Positions 24,501 through 34,625 of a DNA stretch of 64,000 nt are shown here, one piece after another. The notes below the pieces were generated by a model. The model saw nothing but the letters and a program-made list of their open reading frames with translations, did not search any database and was not told the origin of the DNA. Every line of letters starts with the position of its first letter. Position 1 is the stretch's first letter. The DNA comes from Owenia fusiformis (lineage: Eukaryota). The stretch is taken from NCBI GenBank assembly GCA_903813345.2, contig CAIIXF020000001.1, positions 38,254,001 to 38,318,000 on the forward strand, written 5' to 3'. The position numbers were made by a program, and so were the translations under genes.

Positions 24501-27042
24501 GTGTTTACCTGCATATAATGGTCTGCTTACGTTCAACTATCAGTGTGCTAACCTGCACGTAATGGTATGCCTGCCTTTATATTACGGTGTGCTAACATTC
24601 ACATCACGTTGCATGTCACAATAATATGCTTACCTATGCATGCATCACAGTGTGGTCACCTGTAAATCAGTGTGTACGATCTGCAAATCCCATTGTGCTA
24701 GCCTATATATTACAATGTGCTTTCATGCACATCCCAGTGAGAGTACCTCTTCATCGCAATTTGATTGTATGAGCATTACAGTGCTTACATGTAGATCACA
24801 ATGTGTTATCTTGTACACCACGTTATTCTCACCTGAATATCACTGTTTACCTCCACAGCAAAGTATCTTGATATGCTTACCTGCACCTAGTGATGTGCTT
24901 ACCTGCATATCATGGCGTGCTTTCTTGCACGGCATTACCTGTCCATTCGAATATGCTAAGCTGTATAAGATGTTAATGAATGTTCTTACACAACCCAGTG
25001 TGCTTGTCTGTATAGCAATTGTGCTAAATGCGCAATACATGCATTTGCTAATATAAGCGTGCACATTATCTTCAATGTGCTGTATCAACAAACTAATATC
25101 TATGTCAAATAAACCATTGCTTTAACTATTTAGCCTGTGCCTGATTATACTGTAACTTTAAAATGAATCTTAAATCTTAAAGCAAATACATGTTAACTTT
25201 TACCACCAAAACGTGTGAATTAAACTTTACCCGGGTCTTGTTCCACAAAAGGATTGTTTGAAAACGCCTCTTTTTATGATTTTAAAAGCCTAAAGTCAAA
25301 ATGTTAAGCTTTTGCAACGCTAAAGTTCTCATTGCATTACGTTTTAAAATTAATGAACAACCTTCTTGATGAAAGTAGTAGTTCGAAATCAAGCTTCACT
25401 GTCCTGTCATCTAGATCTACAAAAATGCTTAACGATTGTCTACCCTGGAATAAACTCTAATTTCAACTCTATATTAACCTATAACATTTTTAAAAATGGG
25501 CACATCCAAATGCCTTCGTATTAAGTTTTGATAATCTGTCAACCACAATTCTAGTTTTGAAGATATTTCAAGTAAGCTTATAAAACTACTTTATACGTGT
25601 AACTCTTTCTACATTGAAATATTTTGCTTTCTTTTTCTGAACAATTACTGTGAGAAAACTCACCTTTGAAAATAACGCCTGTGCAAGCACTATCAAACAT
25701 CATCATCACCATCTTGTAAAGTCATTAAATAACTGATTATCTAGCCAAAAAGCGTTTTCCCAATCAAGCCTCTGTGTTTACGAGTTAGTAAAACATGTCG
25801 AGTCTTTGATTAACGTTTTTAACTAACTCCTATACGTTTAAACGTGTTTGATCTTTTCTGAAACCTGTATTTATTTGAAAATCTAATATGTCATTACTTG
25901 TTATCAAGTTGAAATTCTGAACATTGACCACTAAATTTGATCTTTCTACAAATTATTTATTTTTACTGCCTGCTTTATATACGCTTTATTTTTTAAACGA
26001 ATCGGTTCATCTAAAATAGCTATTGTGAAACAAACCTATCAACTTTTGAATATCAATCTCTCAGTTCTAATACCGAGGAAAAGAACATAAAATACGAAAA
26101 GAACTTGTGAAGGCCTCCCAATTGAGGAAACACTATAACATGTTGGTACAAGTACTTGTACGTACATAGATTGAAATCTACGACGAAGACCTCTAAACAA
26201 ATCTTGTAAGCACCGAACTACTGTCAGTCATGTAAATCCCTGAAGAGATATCTAGCATTTCAAACAATAACATAAGAAAACATAATAATTTAATTGGCTA
26301 CTTAACTTATTCGTGATTGCAGTAGTCGTTGAGCTCATTGCTCCCAAAATGACCTTGATATGGCCCAGCTTCGCCGCATTGAAACCAGACATCGGTCATC
26401 ATTGGTAATCATGCTCACCCCGGCACTGCCCGATACTATGTTGTCGTAAAACAAGTTGCGACCTCTTGAGTCTAGTGGTACATACTGTAGGACATCCAGA
26501 ACTTTCTGAAACGTAAAGGACCTCGAGAAAGCCTTTGTTACCAATTTTGTTATTTTATTCGAAGCTTCTCTTACGCTTTTTTATATATAGATGTTGATTG
26601 TACTATCTGAGGTGATTGGAGTCATATTATTAACAGTTTATAACCAAAAGACATCTAACGTACCTGTTCAAACTAATCAATTTATTTTTTCGTAATATAA
26701 AAGTTTTACCTTCTGTAATATTCTCCTCATATGACTGTGCTATTGTAAGTCAGCTGTTTCAACTATGTAGTAACGAGTAATATGGAGGTTTCATCAAATG
26801 TGTCTTGAACTTTCGAATTAAATTCGACAAAAGTTGTCTAATCTGTTGGTTTATTGAATAAAACGAAGTGTATGTGTTGACTACACGGTGCCAAAGCTCA
26901 GAATGTCTATCTATACACTCTACCTTCACCACGAAAACATCCACTCACTCACATAACTCTACATTGAACTGAACTCATCGTTCAGCCAATAGAAGGCATT
27001 TATGTTCTAAAGTCGCTACGCTCCACCGAACATAAATAGGCA
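21564..27042 (-). mobile_element. Decayed DIRS-order (Ngaro/PAT-type, split direct repeat) tyrosine-recombinase retroelement nested in the Gmr1 leader
   Basis: On the minus strand: A1 (27042-26859), internal region, B1 (22309-22233) abutting A2 (22234-22051), then B2 (21640-21564). Both repeat pairs are identical and there is no TSD. Ordered remnants resemble a Gag zinc knuckle (WFQCGEAG/HI, ~26370), RNase H (NIELKLEFIP, FVDLDD, ~25400-25475) and a tyrosine recombinase (FSGIL...VSIYIEQ ~23030; SYGLH ~22700). Confidence 0.75.
23330..25040. repeat. Degenerate 22-bp tandem array (GTGTGCTTACCTGCACATCACA)
   Basis: Dozens of head-to-tail units, most homogeneous at 23530-24350; lies inside the DIRS-like element. 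Confidence 0.9.
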
Positions 27043-27866
27043 ATCTCATTGGTTAGTATAAATATTGTCGTTGACAATATTTATTAGTCCTCATTCCGTA
27101 CAATTTTTTTTTCAATTATATTTCAGGTACAGGAACCTTTATCTCTGTTTTATTTCTAGCGCTCAAAGTCCTACTTCCCCAACATTGTTGAGCGCTCAAT
27201 CTCATTGGTTAGTCTAAATATTGTCGTTGATAATATTTATTAGTTCTCATTCTGTACAATTTTTTTTTCATTTATATTTCAGGTACAGGAACCTTTATCT
27301 CTGTTTTATTTCTAGTGCTCAAAGTCCTACTTTCCCAAAATTATTGAGCACTTGGTCTAATTTGTTTGTCCAAATATTGTCGTTTACAATATTTTTGGAT
27401 TCTAATTGCCCAACCATTTCCTTGTACAGGAATATCACTAGTGCACTAATTGCCACTTTCCTTAAATTACAGAGCACTTTATTAGTCTACATATCGTTGC
27501 TCACAAGATTCTTTTGTTACAGAAACCAACATTTTTATGTAACAAGTTTAGTCACAGGATCTTATTAATCAGATTACTTCTTATATCAATACAGTATTTA
27601 TATCAGTATTTTTAGTCCATGCTACACTCTAATTGCCCAATTTTTGGATAAGTGGTGCTCATAAGCACATTTGCAATTTTAGAAAGAAAAATCTGAGCAT
27701 ATTTCATTGGTTTACTATAACTTTCATTTAAAACAAGTTGAAAATGCTCACAATTTATCATTACTATTACTTCATTACTTCTAACCGAAAAATAGTAGTT
27801 GTGGTGTAAATTAAAAATTTATGTTAGGATAAAGAGATCAAACGTACGTAGTCTTATTTAAGCAAA

Positions 27867-30494
27867 ATGGCAGAGAAATACATAAATTTGATTGAACTTG
27901 GCAAGGAACTTGGCTATACAGGAAAGAGCCTAGCTGACTTTGCAGAACTGAAATATAAAGAAGCTAAGCAAGTCGAAGAGGACAAAATAGAAAGAGATGC
28001 GAGACATGAAGAAAGATGCAGAAAAGCTGAATCAGAGAAAATGAAACATGAGCTAGAAATGACAAAGATGCAAGCAGAAGCAAGAAGAGTTGAACTTGAA
28101 CTTCAACTCAGAATCGAGGAAACTAAAACAACAGCAATGTCGCAATCAAAACAAATTCCCAAGGCACCGAAAATGCCACCTTTTAATGAGGAGAAAGATA
28201 GTATGGATGCATATTTAGAAAGAATGGAAAGGTATGCAATTAGTCAAAACTGGCCACAGGAAAACTATTGTATGTATTTGGGAAACCTTTTATCTGGTGA
28301 AGCACTCAATGTTTACAATAGAACAAATCAATTAGTTGGTGATGATTATGAAAAGCTCAAGGAAGCACTCCTTAAATGTTATCAAATGACTGAAAGCGGT
28401 TTCCGCAAAAAGTTTTTCACTAGTCATCCTGAACTGAAGGAGTCACCGACCCAGTTCATGTGTAGATTAGAAAGATATCTTTCAAGATGGATGGAATTAG
28501 CAAAAACCGAGAAAACATTTGATGCCTTAAAAGATCTTCTACTTCGAGAGCAGTACATGGCAGCTTGTAGTAGGGAAATGCGAATGTTTTTAAGGGAACA
28601 TGATACAGTGTCAGCTGATCAAGTAGTCCAATTATCAGAGCGCTTTACTACAGCACATGGTTTACAAGCTATGAGACCAAAGATATTATCTTTGAATAAA
28701 CCCAAAAATGATCTTACAAAGAAAACAGATGAGAAAAAGTGGGTAGAAGTGAATGAAAGAATATGTTTTGGTTGTAATGGCAAAGGGCATATGATAAAAG
28801 ATTGTCCTAAAGAATCAACACAAAAAGCTGTTGCAATGGCCTGTATAGAAGATGATGATGAAAACAACCAAATGACATATGCAAGCGACGAAGATGAAAT
28901 ATGTGCTGCTGTTCAGGTTATAGAAAACCATAGTGGTTGTAACATTATCATAGGGTCATGTAGTGATACAATTTCCTTTTTACCAGAAAACCTGAATATA
29001 CAGGAAGGAAAAGTAGGAGAATCATATGTAAATGTATTGAGAGATACTGGGTGTAGTGGGGTAGTAGTCAATCAAAGCCTAGTTGCACCAAATCAGTTCA
29101 CTGGAAAATACAAACATTATCTTATGATTGATAGAACAATTAAAAAAGCACCAACAGCTAAGATTTGCATAGATACTCCATTTCTTTCAGGTATTGTAGA
29201 AGCATTGTGCCTTCCAAATCCAATCTGCGATCTTATTATAGGCAATGTTGGCGGTGCTAAAATGAGAAACAAGGAGCCCCTTTCAATGAACCAAACAGAA
29301 GAAATTAAAACACAGAGATGTATCCCAGCATGTGCAGTTGAAACAAGAGCAATGAAAGCAAAAGGTGAAAAACCACTGAGACCGCTTAAGGTGCCTGGTT
29401 ATATAAACAAGATAATATCGCCTGAGCAATTCTTACAAACACAGAATGATGATAGAAGTTTAGATAAACTTCGAGAATATGCTCAAGAAGATAGTGTAAA
29501 ATGTACTCCTGGAAAAAGCAGATACAGATTTGAAATAGAGAATAATGTGCTCTACAGATACTATTCATCTCCAAATGTGAATGATAACAATGAAATAAAA
29601 CAATTAGTAGTTCCTAGTGTACTGAGAGATACTGTAATGAAACTTGCTCATGACTCTTTGATGGCAGGACATTTAGGTACGAAGAAAACAATGAACAAAA
29701 TCACAGCAAGCTTTTATTGGCCAGGTATACACAGCGATGTGACTAAATTTGTTCAGTCATGTAGTATTTGTCAAAAAACTACACAGAAAGGAAAGTTGAA
29801 AAAAGCACCAGTTCAGAAAATGCCTCTTATTGAAGTTCCATTTGAAAGAGTAGCTGTAGATTTAGTAGGCCCGCTAAATCCCATGACAAGAAACAAGAAC
29901 AGACACATTTTAACATGTGTTGACTATGCCACTAGGTATCCTGATGCTGTAGCATTGCCATCCATAGAGACTGAGAGAGTAGCTGATGCTCTCATGCAAA
30001 TATTTTCTAGAGTTGGGATACCCAAGCAGATTTTGAGTGACAAGGGATCACAATTTGTGTCTGAACTGATGAAGGAAGTGGGTAGATTATTATCAATTAA
30101 TCAAATCACAACAACCCCATACCATCCACAATGCAATGGACTTGTGGAACGATACAATGGTACTTTGAAACTTATGTTAAAGCGGATGTGTGCCGAAAGA
30201 CCAAATGATTGGGATAGGTACTTAGAGCCAATTCTATTTGCATACCGGGAAGTGCCACAAGATAGTACAAATTACTCTCCATTTGAGTTACTCTATGGAA
30301 GGCCAGTTAGAGGACCAATGACAATCTTGAAAGAGCTCTGGAGCAAAGATGAACCAAATGAAGAAACAACAACAACATACCAGTATGTGCTAGACCTCAA
30401 AAACAGATTGGAAGAAACCTGCAATATAGCAAAAGAATCACTTGGTGAGAACCAAGAAATATACAAACAGCATTTTGATAAAAAGCAAAGATGA
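27867..30494 (+). CDS. gag-pol: Gag (SCAN-like region, CCHC knuckle) - aspartic protease - integrase polyprotein, N-terminal part
   Basis: 875-aa ORF: CFGCNGKGHMIKDC knuckle; LRDTGCS protease; HHCC (AHDSLMAGH...CSIC) and D,D35E (VAVDLVG, LSDKGSQF, LVERYNG) integrase motifs. Confidence 0.95.
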   Translation: MAEKYINLIELGKELGYTGKSLADFAELKYKEAKQVEEDKIERDARHEERCRKAESEKMKHELEMTKMQAEARRVELELQLRIEETKTTAMSQSKQIPKAPKMPPFNEEKDSMDAYLERMERYAISQNWPQENYCMYLGNLLSGEALNVYNRTNQLVGDDYEKLKEALLKCYQMTESGFRKKFFTSHPELKESPTQFMCRLERYLSRWMELAKTEKTFDALKDLLLREQYMAACSREMRMFLREHDTVSADQVVQLSERFTTAHGLQAMRPKILSLNKPKNDLTKKTDEKKWVEVNERICFGCNGKGHMIKDCPKESTQKAVAMACIEDDDENNQMTYASDEDEICAAVQVIENHSGCNIIIGSCSDTISFLPENLNIQEGKVGESYVNVLRDTGCSGVVVNQSLVAPNQFTGKYKHYLMIDRTIKKAPTAKICIDTPFLSGIVEALCLPNPICDLIIGNVGGAKMRNKEPLSMNQTEEIKTQRCIPACAVETRAMKAKGEKPLRPLKVPGYINKIISPEQFLQTQNDDRSLDKLREYAQEDSVKCTPGKSRYRFEIENNVLYRYYSSPNVNDNNEIKQLVVPSVLRDTVMKLAHDSLMAGHLGTKKTMNKITASFYWPGIHSDVTKFVQSCSICQKTTQKGKLKKAPVQKMPLIEVPFERVAVDLVGPLNPMTRNKNRHILTCVDYATRYPDAVALPSIETERVADALMQIFSRVGIPKQILSDKGSQFVSELMKEVGRLLSINQITTTPYHPQCNGLVERYNGTLKLMLKRMCAERPNDWDRYLEPILFAYREVPQDSTNYSPFELLYGRPVRGPMTILKELWSKDEPNEETTTTYQYVLDLKNRLEETCNIAKESLGENQEIYKQHFDKKQR

Positions 30495-32185
30495 GGTCAT
30501 TAGAACCGAATGACAAGGTTTTGGTTATGCTCCCAACGGACAACAGCAAATTGCTAATGCAATGGAAGGGACCTTATATTGTGAAAAAGAAGGTAAACCA
30601 TACTGACTACAAGATAGATGTAGATGGAACCTTAAAAACATACCACATCAATATGCTCAAAAAGTACTATGTCAGAGTAGAAGCAGTTGCAAACATTTCA
30701 GTTATAGAAGATGATGAGCAGGAAGAAATGAACAATGACTGCATACTACAAGAAGAAATGCTGGGTGAAAAGGAAGAAACATACAAAGAAGTGAGCATCA
30801 ATCCTGATTTATGTCACAGTTATACTGTTGAGTTAGAAAGATTGGTAGAAGAATTCAAAGATATTTTTTCATCCAAGCCAGGCTCTACATCTTTAGTGGA
30901 ACATGAAATTAAACTGACAACAGATAAACCAGTGAAGGGACAAACCTTTCAACTACCACACAAATCAGTAGAAATTGTAAAACGCCTAATATTAGAGATG
31001 TTGGAACTTGGGGTAATTGAAAGAGCAAATAGTCCATACAGTGCTCAGATGTTTCTTGTGAAGAAAAAAGGTTGTCCAGATGGAAGACCAGTGATGGACT
31101 ACAGGAAACTGAACAAAGTTACAGTGTTTGACTGTGAACCTATGCAAAATGAGGATGAAATCTTTGCCAAACTTGGAAATAGTCATTACAAATCAAAGTT
31201 GGATTTTTGCAAAGGTTTTTGGCAAATTTATGTGAAAGAAGAAGATAGAGATAAAACAGCATTCAACACACCACTAGGCAGTATGCGTTTTGTAAAAATG
31301 CCCTTTGGACTCATCAATGCAGTTGCTACATACAATAGAATGATGAGAAAACTGCTTAATGGAATGGAAAATGTAGAGAATTTCGTCGATGATGTTTTGA
31401 TTCACACTGAATTATGGAAAACACATGTGGAAATTCTCAGAGAGATGTTTAGTAGGATACGGGCAGCTAATCTGACAGTAAAGCCATCAAAATGTTTCTT
31501 TGGATTCAATGACATGGACTTTATTGGTCATAGAGTTGCAGTAGGAACTTTAGCAACACAACATGAGAAAGTTGAAAAGATGCTCAAAGCAAGGAACCCT
31601 ACAAACAAAACAGAATTAAGATCACTACTTGGTACTGTTGGATACTACAAGAAGTTCATACCAAGGTATTCTGATATAACAGCACCTCTTACTGATCTTA
31701 CAAAAAAAAGTTCCCCAAACAAACTAAAGTGGAACAATACACATGATGCAGCCTTCACAGAAGTCAAAGATATTCTAAGTACAGAACCAATACTAAAGCT
31801 CCCAGATTTTCACAAACAGTTCATTCTTCGAACGGATGCATCTGATGTAGCAATTAGTGGAATATTGATGCAAGAACATGAAGAAAAACAACACCCAGTG
31901 CTGTATGGTAGCAGAAAACTTTGCCAAAGGGAAAGAAACTATTCCACCGTTGAACGAGAATGTTTGGCTATAGTGTGGGGTATAACAAAGTTTCAAAAGT
32001 ACCTTTATGGAACTGAATTTGTTATTCAGACTGATCACCAATCATTACTGTATTTAGAATCTGCAAAACACAAGAACTCTCGTGTCATGAGGTGGTCGCT
32101 GTTTTTACAGCAATACAAATACACCGTTCAAGTCATCCACGGAAAAGACAATATTGGAGCAGATCTTTTGAGTAGATTAGTCTAA
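30491..32185 (+). CDS. pol: Integrase C-terminus - reverse transcriptase - RNase H (frameshifted continuation of pol)
   Basis: 564-aa ORF: WKGPY; RT motifs LDFCKGFWQ, MPFGL, FVDDVLI; RNase H motifs TDASD, ERECLAI, TDHQSL, ADLLSR. Confidence 0.95.
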   Translation: MRSLEPNDKVLVMLPTDNSKLLMQWKGPYIVKKKVNHTDYKIDVDGTLKTYHINMLKKYYVRVEAVANISVIEDDEQEEMNNDCILQEEMLGEKEETYKEVSINPDLCHSYTVELERLVEEFKDIFSSKPGSTSLVEHEIKLTTDKPVKGQTFQLPHKSVEIVKRLILEMLELGVIERANSPYSAQMFLVKKKGCPDGRPVMDYRKLNKVTVFDCEPMQNEDEIFAKLGNSHYKSKLDFCKGFWQIYVKEEDRDKTAFNTPLGSMRFVKMPFGLINAVATYNRMMRKLLNGMENVENFVDDVLIHTELWKTHVEILREMFSRIRAANLTVKPSKCFFGFNDMDFIGHRVAVGTLATQHEKVEKMLKARNPTNKTELRSLLGTVGYYKKFIPRYSDITAPLTDLTKKSSPNKLKWNNTHDAAFTEVKDILSTEPILKLPDFHKQFILRTDASDVAISGILMQEHEEKQHPVLYGSRKLCQRERNYSTVERECLAIVWGITKFQKYLYGTEFVIQTDHQSLLYLESAKHKNSRVMRWSLFLQQYKYTVQVIHGKDNIGADLLSRLV

Positions 32186-32662
32186 GCACATATAGATAAG
32201 ACAAAGGATGGTATGCACAAATACATATAGGTGTTACAGTGTAAAGTTGTAAATAAAAAAAAGAAAATAATAAAAAGTAGTTGTAAGAGTATTTTCTTTA
32301 TTTACTGTTAGTAATAGAAGTGGATTGTGCTAGGTATTTGTAATTTAAGTCATAAAAATGACTACATATTTGTGATAAAGAAGAGGAGTATTTTAAAATG
32401 TATCTTCTTCCATTGTGACAATTTTGAGATTATTATTAAGTTTAAGAATAACTTGTGTAGTAGTAGTTGTAAACATGTAGATTACATTTGATTTGTAAAT
32501 ATGTTAGTAATTTTTGTATTTTTTCATATCAGAAGAAGAACTTGTAATAGCAGTTGTAAACAGGTAGATGACAGTTTGATTTGTAAATATGTTAGCTTTT
32601 TGTAATTTTACATATCATTACTGTGAGTATATTATATATTTTATTTCATAAAGTATATTTTT

Positions 32663-32675
32663 AAAAGGGGGATAA
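32663..32675 (+). promoter_or_regulatory. Polypurine tract
   Basis: AAAAGGGGGATAA immediately before the 3' LTR TGTCA. Confidence 0.85.
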
Positions 32676-32825
32676 TGTCATGATATGTATTCTATTATGC
32701 TAATTATAACATATTCTTGAGTTTTGTTTATTACTTACTTATTAGGCAATTAACTTTATATTACATTTTTTGCATACTGTACTAGTTAATAATAATTAGC
32801 AAGGTAAAAGGTAGAGACATGAATA
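32676..32825 (+). repeat. 3' LTR, truncated after 150 bp
   Basis: Identical to 20733-20882, then joins unrelated sequence. Confidence 0.95.
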
Positions 32826-34625
32826 CGGCAGCCGCATGACGAGTTTTTGAATTTCTGTTGATTTAATGTTAATTCTTCTTTTTATTTTATCTATCAGTAC
32901 AGTTTATAAATGTTGTTCGTAGTGTTGGGATATAGTATCGAATAAAAAGTGAACACAATGAACACAAATATTATAACTCCGAGTTATAATTTCTACGGCT
33001 ACCCTGCGGCCTGTAAAAAACTGGATACGCCGTAAGGAAGGCGAGCGTAGTTTATCTACGCTCGCCGCAGAAATTCACTGATTTAATAAATCTGTGGTCG
33101 TCGCACAGTCTCCGTACGACAAATGTGATTGGGGTGTTAGTAACAGGAATTCAAAAGCTCGCCGTACGGCTGCCGTAGGAAATGTGACTGCAAAAGTATC
33201 CGAACGCAGAAATTCCACAGCGAGCGTAGAAATGTTACTGACCGCAGAAATGCTAGACCGCACGGTCGCCGTAGGAAATGTGACTGGGGAAGTTCATTTT
33301 CCTTTCCGATGTTTTTGCATTTTTCTCTTACACCCCAGTCACATTTGTCGTACGGAGGCTCTGCGTCGACCGCAAATCAATTTCTGCGGCGAGCGTAGAA
33401 AATCTACGCTCGCCTTGCGGTCTCCGTACGGCGTATCCGGTTTTTAAAGGCCGCATGGTAGCCGTAGAAATTATAAGTCGGAGTTATAATATTTTTCATT
33501 TCTGCGGTCCCCGTAGAAATCAACAGGCCGTTGCTGTAAACACAACACAATACGTATACTTCTTGATGAAAGGTAACTGATACCACAGCAACTTATATTT
33601 CACTTGCGCTTTTTTTGATACTATATCCTAATTCACTACAAACAACATTTATAAATTGTACTCATGTAGATAAGATAAAAATAAGAATTAACGTTAAATC
33701 AACAGAAATTCAAAAACTCGCCGTGCGGCTGCCGTAGGAAATGTGACTGCAAAAGTATCCGACCGCAGAAATTCCACGGCGAGCGTAGACATGTCACTGA
33801 CCGCAGAAATGATAGACCGCATGGTCGGCCTTTAAAAACTGGATACGCCGTTCGGAGACCGCATGGAGAGCGTAGTTTTTCTACGCTCGCCGCAGAAATT
33901 CACTTATTTAATTGATCTGCGGTCGACGGTCGATCGGCCGCCGTACGACAAATGTGACTGGGGTGTAAAAGAAAAATGCAAAAACATCGGAAAGGAAAAT
34001 GAATTTCTATTTGCAGTTTAAAATGATTTTATTGCAGGCTATCTAACTGAACGTTAAAACAAAAGCATGCTTTATCACGCAGTCAAATGGGGATTTAGGG
34101 TTGCCAATTATTTGAGTGAATTATTTGGAGGGGAGTGGTTTATAATACGGTTAGGCTACACTTTATTTAAAACCATCCACATTTCAAGGTAGAATTGGTT
34201 CAAATAACTTTGCTAATAAACAATCCGAAGAAGCTGAAAACATTATACATATAGCAAACATAGAGCAGAATCTTTTCAAAACAATTTAATTGCATGTAAA
34301 TGTTTCGTTCTATTCAGGTTAATGTCTGTTCATTATTTATCACGTACAGTAATATTCAAATGGGTGTATTCATCAACCGCCGTACCTATATCATCATTAT
34401 TCATCAAGACCGTTGGTGGAGATTTATTTGGACGAAAAATTTGAAAAGGGCGTTTTGGTTTAAAACTGTAATAAACTAGGAAAGTAAAACATGAACCCAA
34501 GTATCCCTTTCATTCATGGTCAAATAGTAAAACTGGGGAAGTTTTAATTCATTGATATATTTAGTCGAAAATGAATATTCAGTTAGCTATCAGGCTATGG
34601 AACGAAAGATGAGTTTCTCGAAATA

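Larger units (their letters stand above)
20733..32825 (+). mobile_element. Gmr1-like Ty3/gypsy LTR retrotransposon (integrase upstream of RT), 3' LTR truncated
   Basis: 5' LTR, primer-binding site, gag-PR-IN then RT-RNase H ORFs, polypurine tract and a partial 3' LTR. Empty site GGTACACGTTAA|TTCATTTC at 44899-44918. Confidence 0.95.

Noticed and set aside
23343..25091. Cys/His-rich 138-217-aa ORFs
   Set aside because: Overlapping translations of a 22-bp tandem repeat; the same peptide words cycle through all three frames.
21016..27866. env-like or accessory gene in a 6.9-kb Gmr1 leader
   Set aside because: No long ORF; the length is explained by the nested 5.5-kb element.
33094..33586. Duplicated 117/87-aa and 60-aa ORFs (also at 4489-4891)
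   Set aside because: They run across MITE termini; the identity reflects the recent duplication, not coding constraint.
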